Shown here piece after piece: positions 26,646 to 37,500 of a DNA stretch of 64,000 nt. Under the pieces are notes generated by a model. It did no database searches. It was not told the origin of the DNA and was given only the letters and a program-made list of their open reading frames with translations. Source of the DNA: Phoronis australis (lineage: Eukaryota; Animalia; Phoronida). The stretch spans positions 1,331,903-1,395,902 of the forward strand of contig NMRA01000024.1 in the NCBI GenBank assembly GCA_002633005.1, written 5' to 3'. Within the stretch, counting starts at the first letter, position 1. Each line of letters starts with the position of its first letter. A program made the position numbers and the translations under genes.

Positions 26646-27203
26646 AGAGGCCTGGAACGCGATAAACAGACTAAATTGCAATATTGAAAGTGGTTCTTTG
26701 CCACTGAAACACTCAGAATTCAATCTGCTCACCAGGTATTTTTTGGGTTTGTACCTAAAGATTTTTAATTTATGTCGCTACCACAGCATTCTTGTTTAGT
26801 ATCAAATTTCAAAAAAAAAAAGCGATCTGTCAACTGCTCACCGTTTTGTCGATTTTTCTCCCACAAGGAAAAGCCCGTCTCCTTATTTAGTATGACAAGA
26901 CACAGACGTAGCACATTTCCCTTATACGGAAAATGCGACCTTTGACCTCAAGCGACTTCAAGCAACGGACTGTGAGCGCATGCCCACGTTTATCATAAGT
27001 GGGAGCATGGTGGGAGGAAGATTAGGAAACTCTGTGACAAACAAAAAATCTTTCCTTCAAAAGTCGTATATCAATTTTGTGACTTTTTTCTGGAAATTTC
27101 CTCACAGGGGAAAGTTAATTACTCTGAATAGACGTTGCGAGATGGTACTTTTGTCAGGAATTGTTTAAAACATTTTTGACGAGCTTTCGCGTTCCATGCA
27201 TCT
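26646..27203. mobile_element. Kolobok-like non-autonomous DNA element
   Basis: ttaa|agaggcctggaacgcga ... tcgcgttccatgcatct|ttaa: TIR, AG..CT termini and TTAA TSD; second copy at 17815. Confidence 0.75.
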
Positions 27204-27448
27204 TTAAAATTCAGTACGTTGGACCAGTCGCCGAAACACGTATCGTCAGAATATCAAGTATTATTAAACAAAACATTGCAGGCGGTTTCATGACTGTTGA
27301 GTCCTCGGTCCCGGTTCAAGAGGGGCGCTGACTGTTGATGTTTAAGGCCTCTTTGAACTTACGAGTAAGCCAATTTTGTTCCTTGGCTAGGATCTTGGAT
27401 GACGAAAGAGAGATGGAATGCCGCGAAAGGCGGTAATTCCCTCATTCA

Positions 27449-27484
27449 CCGATAAAGACCTGGCGGACCAGGTCGAAACGTCTC
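27449..27484 (+). ncRNA. Degenerate minimal hammerhead ribozyme (Penelope-type), probably inactive
   Basis: CCGATAA-A-GACCTGG-cgga-CCAGGTC-GAAACGTC: perfect 7-bp stem II and GAAAC-GUC; the CUGAUGA core carries two substitutions. Confidence 0.5.
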
Positions 27485-30066
27485 AAAACAACATAAGTAA
27501 GTGACCTTCTTTATATACCACAATGCCTCCAGAGACCAATGACGAACTGTTCTCCAGATCTCTCTACTCCAGGTCATTTTTCTCACTTGATATCATCTCC
27601 AACAACGTGGCGTTCCACCAAGTCTTCGGAATCTTTTTGGGACAGTGGGTGGACTGTTCACAATTTTGGACCATCCCCAAATCGCACACCTTGTAAGATT
27701 AATCAAATTTTATGGAATTTGTAAATAATAAACTCAACTTCTTTCAGTAATATCAAGACAAAAATGTGCTACCGAATGTTACAAAAACCGTGTCTCCACC
27801 TCATGCCAATCCAGTTAGGGATTTTTTTATTGTATATTTAGGATTTTCTTTGCATTTTCCTCTTTCTATCGAAAAGCGCGTCCATCGAAAAATTTGTACC
27901 AATTTTTGTGGCGGCCACGTGTTTTCTGGTGCACTACGCAGAGTGTACCTCCAGGTACCCACCAATGTTTGCCACCATGGGAGGTGAACCAAATCAAAAA
28001 CTAAAGTACCTTTTCGCATCTCAGTGGCTCCCAGAGTACTCCGAAATTTGTATTTGCTCTTCCCTGGAAAGATGAAAGGATCGTCCATCTAAATCTGACC
28101 TCGCTATATCACGAAATGAACTCGGTAGCCCGAGACGTGTGGCCTCTTCGCACAGTCGTCACCGTCCATGACAGCGTTTTACCGTTCAGTGACTTTACCA
28201 GACGAAGAGGGTTCTGAGCATGTGATAACATCTAGCTTCTTTGTTACCTGCCAAGCAAAGCCTTTTGTCTGTTATGACAACAGGCAGGTCAATTATCTAC
28301 CAGGCTTATTACAGACCACGTGTGAACATCGTCAAACCCAGAGCGAATTGGTACATTCAAAAAGAATAGATTATTGTAACTTCGGTTGCAGTTGGGCTAT
28401 TTTGGAGATTCAAAAACTATAAATGATCATCATTAGACGAGGATTTCAAAAATGCTATTGGTTTATGATCAATTTAACTTTTATTTTTAACAGCACAGCC
28501 CAGTCTGGCTAGATACGACCTTTGAAGGTTAGAGCAATTATCGAACAGAGAGCTGGCCCTCCAACCATGAATGCCAGATCGAATGGAGTTAATCAGTCGT
28601 GTAAGAGATTGGCTACAGGGGTAAACTTCCCAACTTGTTGTTGGGCTATAGAATCGAACAAGTTGGGAGCAACGGGAAAACGCTGTAATGTCATTAATTC
28701 GCCATAAAGCGTTGGTCACGCATGTTCATTTAGAATATTTATTTGTGAGATGTCTACTGAGCATTGCTTTGTCGGATACAAGTGTTCAGTCGGCGTTAAT
28801 ATCCGTTTTTAGTGAAAATCCGAGTTTCGAATCCTTTTAATGTTGGTCATGAAACTATTAGGCCTATACTTGCATTTGGGGTGTATGCCTGGGGGACTCG
28901 CCGATAACCGGAACTGGTCTAGACAAAGGTATCTCCCCGCTCCACCTATTCTGGTAGGTTGCTTACGGAGTGTTTCGGCCTTGTCTACCGGTAACATCTT
29001 CTTTGGGTGCAGAATCGAGGGAAGTGGCGAAACGAAGGACAGAGACGGCGAAAGAGGGATTGCATTTTCTCATTTTCTTCAATGTGTTCTTTTTCCGTCA
29101 TTTGGTATAATCTAGAGAACCTATTTTCCAGGGCGCCCAGGCACCACGTTGGTCTGAATTTTGCCGATGTGGTAGCAGCCCCGGACCACTCATAACGTGG
29201 AAGAGTCGGCGGCCGAAAGCGTAAATTAAAATGTTGTAATTATTTCCTTACGTCTACCCGTATTACGCAGGTGTCATGAGGAAAACTCAGTTTCAATTCA
29301 TAATTGCACATTTACCATGCAGGTAATAAAGGAAACCGGCAATTTAGACAAAGGGAGTGATTTAACTCTCATACTGACATTGAGCGCACCAGAAAGAGGC
29401 CATTACACTGGATTAAAACATGTGTGGAAACGACCGTACAATTTCGTATATTTTGCATTAAAAATAAATAAAATCAGCACAAAAATACACTGGGCTCGCG
29501 CCCCCTACAAGTAGCTCAGCTGACATAAGAAGCAAAAACGTCCTGGCTCAAACTGCAAATTAACTACACAGCGCGTCCGGCACTTGCAGCTCAGTTTTAT
29601 TGTCAACACAAAACCTTCATCGTCAATCATTCACACACTTTTATACATGTAGCATGAGTTTGTTAATGATGATTATGGTGAAATGGCAGTGATTTTCTAA
29701 TGAACAGAACTCAATAGCCAGGATAGCGATGAAAGTCGAGATGAGAAGCGAAGTAAGTGGTCAGGTCGGTCACGTGCTGTACGCCAAGATGGCGAGCTTT
29801 GTACGGCTGGCCAGGCTCGGGTTTAATGACAGGCGGGTGGCATTTGAGGCTAGAGATAAATTAATAGATGAACAAGCAAGAAAATGACAACTACTGTGCT
29901 GAGATGATTTACCAATGCTGCGCTTTTATGTTTGCATGATCAATCTGTATTTATTTCCAGGCCCGTAGGAAGGCAAAAATTATTGGGGAGGGGGAAACAA
30001 ACCATTTCGACTTCGTCAAACAACACCCCTCCCCCCATCGCCACCAACTCCTCCACCCCACCAGTG

Positions 30067-30217
30067 CATGGGCGGCGCACCATAGGGGGCTGGGGGGGGG
30101 GCTATAGCCCCACTTTTTTCAGTGCTATGCCGCACGTGGTCTATAAGGCGGTGCACCGCAGGGGGGCTGAGGGGGCTTTAGCTCCCTAACTTTTTTGGCA
30201 GTGCTGCGCCGCCCATG
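30067..30217. mobile_element. hAT-like MITE family A, second copy
   Basis: catgggcggcgca...tgcgccgcccatg TIR; TSD cagtg/ccgtg. Confidence 0.75.
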
Positions 30218-30278
30218 CCGTGCTCCCGATGCCACCATATTTGTACCGAATCTCCCACGTCCGCCCTAGGTGGGGGCA

Positions 30279-30429
30279 CAGTGGCGGATTAGGGGTGGCC
30301 AAGGGGCCATGCCCCCCCCCCTAAAATTCTCCCAGATTCCATTTGGCAGTTCGGGGGTGCGAATTTCTGACGGGTAGAACTCTGGCTATTTGCCCTGCTA
30401 AAAAACTCAAAATCCTGGATCCGCCCCTA
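30279..30429. mobile_element. hAT-like MITE family B, second copy
   Basis: cagtggcggat...atccgccccta; TSD gggca/ggaca. Confidence 0.72.
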
Positions 30430-30677
30430 GGACAATTCCGGGGACGAAGCCATCAAGAGTTGAATAACAGTGAACCAACACGGAGAGTACACTGACCGGT
30501 AGCGAGGAGCTGCCTCAGTGTGAAAATACGAAATTCCCGATGACCTAAAGCTAGTTCAGTGCTGGTCAGCTCAGCCGTGATTCACTTGAGACAGGCGCTC
30601 GTACCCACGGCCGTCTGCGTTCGCTCTAAGGTCAAGATTCGTTTTATTGTGATCCAGTTTCGGGAAAACTTTATTAT

Positions 30678-31596
30678 AGACCCTATTCACGCGGCGGCCA
30701 TTAAGATCCAAAGCGAGGCTCACTGCGATAAACAAAGCGAAAGCAGACATTACGTGAGTTAAATAGCCGGTCTTTCGAGTCCAACCTGGATATTAAATTT
30801 TAATGATGTGTCGACAATTAACCACAGAGACGTAGAAAATTACATTAGAGAACAAGTTCAGGCGCCAAAGAGTTGTCTGACGAAAGGGTTTAATTTTTTT
30901 TTTCAGAAAACTAGGTTCGAAACATAAAAATTAAATATGTCCAAATTGCGGCGATCGTAGTGTTACGGATTAGGTATTATACTGAATGCAGGGTTACGTT
31001 TTTTCTTGTAAATTGTTGATCAAAATACTTTCTACGCGGACCAGGTCATCTGCTCGTATTGTTGACGAGTTGAAGACATATTCGACAGTGGTGTCTGTCA
31101 TGTGCAATTAGTCTCATCTGGTTTAATTTGTTGATCAAGAATATTAACATCAAGCATAGCCTGATCCTATGCACTCACTGGGACTAACAGTTGTTTTGTC
31201 ATTGGTCTGAAAGAATAATTGATGTTATTAGATATATTTTTATTAAATNCCCCCCCCCTAAATCTGTAGTCATGAAAACACAGCCTGGCTGGCCCATTCT
31301 CCGGTCGTTACTATGATGCTTAACAACTGGCGACATGCGACAAAATATGATCTAACTTTTCGAAAACATTTATAAATTTTACACGGACTTATTTTGCTTC
31401 GTCGCGGCAACGACCCAACGCTTCCGAATCTCAACGTCTTTAGAGATTGTGAAGCAGACAGTTGCGTGTCCGTATTTTTTTCTAGCCGTTCGCGGAACAA
31501 TACGGTCTGAAACACAGAACTATGCCGATAAGCTAACAGAGCTATCGTAGCGAGCCTCGTTTTGGAATGCGCCTCCTGTCGGCGTGAATAGGGTCT
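30678..31596. mobile_element. Non-autonomous DNA element with AT TSD (ISL2EU/PIF-like)
   Basis: at|agaccctattcacgc ... gcgtgaatagggtct|at; subterminal gcgaggctcactgcgata / tatcgtagcgagcctcg. Confidence 0.7.
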
Positions 31597-34543
31597 ATGG
31601 TCATTCTTTGAAGTTTTTTTCTGAAAAGTGAGGTCCCGAAGTCCCTGGTAAAGTGTCTTTGGGGCTGTTTCAAAATGCCTAGTTGAAACACGACCCGTAG
31701 TCCAGTTTCCGGTGGCTGGGGAAAAGGATAGTGTGTCCCAAAAATGTACACACTTCCTGAACGCCTGGAGTTCAAATTCAATTCCCGTGGATGCGGGCCT
31801 ACTGCATGACTACATTTTATTTTTAACGTGGGTACGTCAATCATAACGTGAACGCGAATCAGGACAAGGAATCAATTCAGTTTTGAAGAACAAACAAAAA
31901 CACATTGCTCAATACTACTGGAAACTAAAAACACCAAGGAAGTGCAGACAACCTTTCCAAGGATTTTTAAAACGTTTTTTTCTATTTACGGTTTGCGAGC
32001 CCAAATTTCATCAATGTCTTTGAGAGTTATTTTAGATATGCAAAAAATCGTCTAAAAATGTACTTTACTATTTGGGGATCGGATTATAGTTTTTCCAACT
32101 TCAGGCTGCAATTAAATTCACTGAAACATCATCCATTCTTACAAGATTAGCTTCTAATTATCAAAAATCATCTATTAACCAATCGATTTTCGTAGACACA
32201 TAAACAAATAAATCAAAAACCAACGAATTTGTTAACGGAATGTTATAAGCAATTCCCGCATGCATGCTTGCAGACTCTTGATGGGTAACCGGGGGAATAT
32301 TCGGCATTCGTATTAAGGTGTATTTTTGCTCATTTTAGAGGTACCTATAACGGTTCACGAGGTAAAATTGAACTCCACTGACAAACAAAAAATTAACCTG
32401 AAATCTGTGTTTATGATTGCGAGAGTTCTTTGAGTACCCCCTTTCGACATGTACAGGGTCATCACAAATAGTAGCCTAAACAGTAGTGTTTTCCACATGT
32501 GGGAAATCCTTACCGACAACTCATGGTAACCATCTTCAAAAGAGATACTATTTTTGTGATACGGAAACAGTAACATTATTTTATAACTAACCATCGGAAG
32601 TAGTTCTTCTGTGTAGTTCACAAATAGTGGTCTTGGCGTTCTTCAAAATTACATTCTTTAGATGGCGGCAATCATACTGTATTTTTTCACAGTTATGGTC
32701 GTTTGGGTCGAATGGCTGTGCTGTGCACGAATGTTTTGTGTTTTTTGATGAATTTGGAATCTCAGCTTCCATCGTGAATACTTGGCAGTGTCGGATTCAT
32801 GTTTTGAGGGACAAAGGGACATTTACCCCGGCCTGCTCCACGGAGAGAGGGCACCGTCTGAAATGGGACACCTTAAGAGGAAAGACTAAACATCATTAAG
32901 CTTGCGAGGACATCAATAAATCAAAAATAAACCGAAAAGTTGTCTATGTTATTCCTTGCCAGAAAGGGCATCTGAAAAAATATAGTTTTGCATTCGCAAA
33001 ACTTATTGAATTTAAAAAAATTAGTAAGATCCACAAAAGCTTCGCTTTACAAATTTTCGTGCATGACTTCAAGTGCGTTTAGACGACCTGTGTTGCAAAA
33101 GCAGAGACCCCAAGGACAATGTCCTGGCCAGGGTCCTCAAAGGTAAACCATGCACTGATGCAGAGTTGTAAAATGTTCTCTTGAATTTTCTCTCTTATCG
33201 GTCTTTCTTTTCTCGACATCACCTCCACCCCACGCCTATGTCGGTTGCCACAGTTTAAACCCTGACACCTGAAAATTTTGGGGGGTCCGTGCCCCCCAGC
33301 CCCCCCCCCCCCCCCACCGCTTCCTACGGCCCTGATTTCTCTGCACACAACACTCAAGGGACATTTCCTTAATTCTTACTCACAACCATAAAGCACTTTG
33401 TCCAGTTGCAAAACATTTGTCTCGTACTTTCCATGCCAAAGAAGAAGAAGGGTGAATATCATTTGCATCCAGACCACTGGCACTGGGTTGAATGTAAAAG
33501 CAGGAAATGTCCATGAAAGGTGTTACCCAAAGGATAAGCCAAACTGATAGTTATACAAACAGTCATTGTCAAAAACAATTATAGTCAAAATGATTATTAA
33601 TTGGATCATGCAACAAATATCAGTTGTTGTAGATAGCAACCAATGAATAAAATTCTTAAAATCGTGACAGTTAATACAGCAAGAAAGGTGAAATTATAAG
33701 ATACAAGTATCATAATTTTGAACAACTGTATAACAATGTCATCAATAAACTCTTTTCTCTTGGCTAGAGAGATCTCTCAAACTTATATGGCCAATCACTG
33801 AACATGATCACTATACTAAAAAAAGGTGCAGCCTCGTTAAAAACATTACTGAGAGCTCATTTCAGGAAAATTGCCTCCAGTCTTCCAGAATCCAGGCACA
33901 TTCTTTGACAGTGTACAACTAACCTTAAAACTCCAAGATGTAAAAAAATGTGTGACAAAAGGTTTACAATCACAGGGGTGATTTTCAAAACAGAAACCTC
34001 CAAATCCCCTCTCCCCTTCAGCCCCCAGAGTCTATGTCAGTGTGGGACATTTTCTCATTTATCCAAAAGTTTTTGTGACATTCCTGAACTGCTTGCACAA
34101 TCAAAGTGTCAGCAAGAGTCAAGCATGTGCAAATTAGCATTCATAATCACTCACAACATTTATCTTAACTTATTTTTTGTTAATTAACAATACACTGAAC
34201 AATACATTTTAAGTTTGGAGGCTCTTACTTATGAAAGTATGCCTTTTTGACAAAAGATAACAAAATGTCCCATTTTTTAATATAATCCCTGGGGCCTGGT
34301 GCTTAAAATTATTTTTTATGAGGTATAGACAAGCTGCCTGCTGGTAATCACACAAATGAACTGTGACACAGCTGAGGATTACTTATACAACAGCCGTCCT
34401 CGAGTCTTCATGCCACGCAAGCTGTGAGAAAAGTGATCGTTTTGTGCTGGGAGATGGCAACTTGCCAACACTGAAATGCTTCCGAGTTGCATGTCTCGGA
34501 TTGAGGGCTTTTGGGGGACCAGTTGGCCACTGACACGGCAGAC

Positions 34544-34598
34544 TTACTGCTTGACAGGTGTTGACGGTACCACTTGCTTCAAGACTTTTGCGGACTCT
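34544..34598 (-). CDS. HEATR9: HEATR9-like probable last coding exon (RESAKVLKQVVPSTPVKQ*)
   Basis: ctttttcag acceptor in phase 2; TAA at 34546-34544. The stop overlaps a gtaagt, so a further intron is possible. Confidence 0.6.
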
Positions 34599-37500
34599 CT
34601 GAAAAAGTTTTTTAAATATTTTAAAATTGCGATCTGTCAGATATCGATTTTCAGAAAAGAGAAGGAAAGACACAGTGTTTGTTCTCCACCATGTGGGCAG
34701 AGTGATAGACTGCCATCACGAAAATATACAGGAGCAACTTTGATATGAACACTCAAATCACAAAATCAATAGTCAGCACTTTCACTTTCAGTTTAATGAC
34801 TATCGTCTCTACTGCATGTGTGCTCACCCTGGATGGCACGTCACTTTGCTATTCACCTGACGAAATGAAAAACAACAGAACACAAACACAAACTCACACA
34901 AAAACAAGATCGGTGAAATCTCTTAGCATTCGTTGTCCTGACAGGCAAGTCACTCCTTTTAATCATAGGTGGAAAACACCTATTATTGAAAACCATTAAC
35001 CCCGACAATTTTTGACATGTATTACTGCTGACAGCTGGACAGAATGACAACACTTACATAATGCAACCGCACATGTGGGCACGTAAAAATCATAACACAG
35101 GAAACAATTATGGTAAGCGCAAAAGCCAAGAATATCTGAAAACACATCACAACCAAACAAACTGATGAAAACAATGCAAAAATGAAATGCTTTTTGAGTG
35201 ATTGGTGTGTCAAGTACTTATAGATAATATTTCACTAAACACCACTGATTTCACACAAAACTATGTAGTGCAGACTATCCCCCATGAGATGGTCATCTTT
35301 TAACACAAATCATAACAATTCAACGTACCGCCTACAGTTTCTCAGTAAACAGCAAAAAATACCTGTATTTCCCTGGAATGTCTATTTTAAACAATGGCAT
35401 AACTAAACTCATTTGTCAACAACTTAACATTTACCTGGTGGCGTATTTGTCAACTATCAGATATCTCCACTTTTCTAGGTAATTATAAGCTCATTTAGAT
35501 CTAAACGTTATCAAAATCTTACAAGGACCCATTTAGCGGGACTAAACTGCCTCATCATCGTTATGTTGAATAGTGAAGAGTTAATTAGGTGTACATTACA
35601 GAGCATTTAAGAGCCCACTCTAACTATCCAGAATTATTGTAGACAAATAAAACAAGATGACGATAAAGATGATGACGAATATGACGACGATGGTGGCGAG
35701 GTTGAATAAAAGAAGTAATAACAACATACACATGACGAATGTTGAAGTCCGAAATCAGTAAGAAAAAGGCTACAGTTTTGAGCGACACTTGGCGAAATTA
35801 ACAGAAAAGACATGACGACGGAGATGATTACGAAGATGATGACGATGATGACGAATATGATGACGGTGGTGGCGATGATGAACAACATCACAACATTCAT
35901 ATGACGAACTTAGATGCCATAAATCAATAAGAAATAGGCTACAGTCTAGTTCAATAGAAGATAAACCAAAATCAATGCAGCAAGAGCGCTCAACAAAGGA
36001 ACAGCGTTATCAGAAAATTTCAAATAACTCGAAAAGTAGACGTCCTAGCAAAAAATGGAAAACATCTTCTGAAAGCCCGTTCAAAATTCTATCTAAACTG
36101 ATGGTATCGCCTAATTCCGTAAATTTTTCGAAAAAAAATGAAATTTTGCGTTTTTTTAAGAAACTCAAAGTCAAATAACTCGAAAACGGTAAGTCTGAGA
36201 AAAAAATTGTTACAGTTCATTTGAAAGAGTATACCTTAGAGAATCCACATGCAAAAATTCACGTCATTTTCTTCTCTCATTTAAATAGCACCTAAGTACG
36301 ACTGGAAATGGGTCAACATGCGCCAGAACCGCCATCTTGAAAGCAACTTCCGGTTTTTTGGCTTTGTATAATAGCACGTCATAAGAAACTAATACTTTTA
36401 AACATTCCCATAATGCGCCCTCTACGGGAGAAAACGTTTTTAGGCCAAAATCGAGGTGCGCATGCGCGATCGCCGATATTTCCGCCATCTTTAACCAGAA
36501 GTAAACAATTTCCGGCATACATGTAGTGCACATCCGGGACATTCATTGTGTTGATTTTCAGCTCTGTACGTAAAAAATTGTAGCCTCCAGAAGCCTTTGA
36601 ATCTTAAAATGAAAACAAAATGGCCACCACAGCCGCCATCTTGGATTCGATTTTGATGAAAAACAATAGGCTTCCAGTACTTCTGGAAGTATATGTTATG
36701 TGTAAATTTCGTGATGATCGGACGAAAATTGCGACCTGTATCGTGCGAACAAACAAAAAAAAACAAACTTAGTGTCAGAGTAATCAGTTGACATGGAGAA
36801 CAGTACATTGTAGCTAGAAGCCCACAGCAAGGAGAAAGATGATCAATTTCAAACAGCCATAAACCCACATTTCATCACAGAAATTGACTTTTTATTTACA
36901 TCCGCATTTACCATGACGAATATGGTTTCAAACTAGAGGTGCTTCAAACGTACTGAAAGTTTGTTATTTCTTTAGACTAAGCTTAGTTGATTTGAAGCAA
37001 TAATGACCTGACAGCTCTTCCCCAGTTCATATAGATCACTTCTTAACTAAAGACCAATTTCATAACGGTAAGGGTCTAAATCAAAACTTGATGTTTTGAT
37101 AGAAACCACAGGTTTAATACCGCTTTGAATTAATTGTCATGCTTCTTGTTCATTTTTAACCTTTTTAAAAGTATTATAATTTTTCAGTTGAACTGAAAGC
37201 TCTTAATTCATGACCAAGAGTGTTGAAAAGTTGTTTGCAATCACTTGACTGCCATGTTATGAAAATTCTAATCGTTTTGAAAATGATTTACAGTGAGTCC
37301 ACCACAGTACAAGACTACATAGGTTACATATAGGCTAGCACGAGGTAATAATATGCTGTTGTTTTAATCTTGTAAAGCATTATTGACACTAAATGAAACG
37401 TGAAATTTTGTCCTAATAACTAAATATCAGTTAAATTAATTTTGTAGGCGTCTGAGCAATATACTGATCATTAGTCAGACTGTCTCTCTATCTAGGGGTA

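Larger units (their letters stand above)
29958..33334. mobile_element. 3.4-kb hAT-like element with nested insertions
   Basis: TIR caggcccgtaggaag / cttcctacggccctg (1 mismatch); perfect 5-bp TSD atttc/atttc; poly-C subterminus; no intact transposase seen. Confidence 0.7.

Noticed and set aside
35634-35900. Hydrophobic 88-aa ORF resembling a membrane protein
   Set aside because: Translation of (ATC/GTC)n low-complexity sequence.
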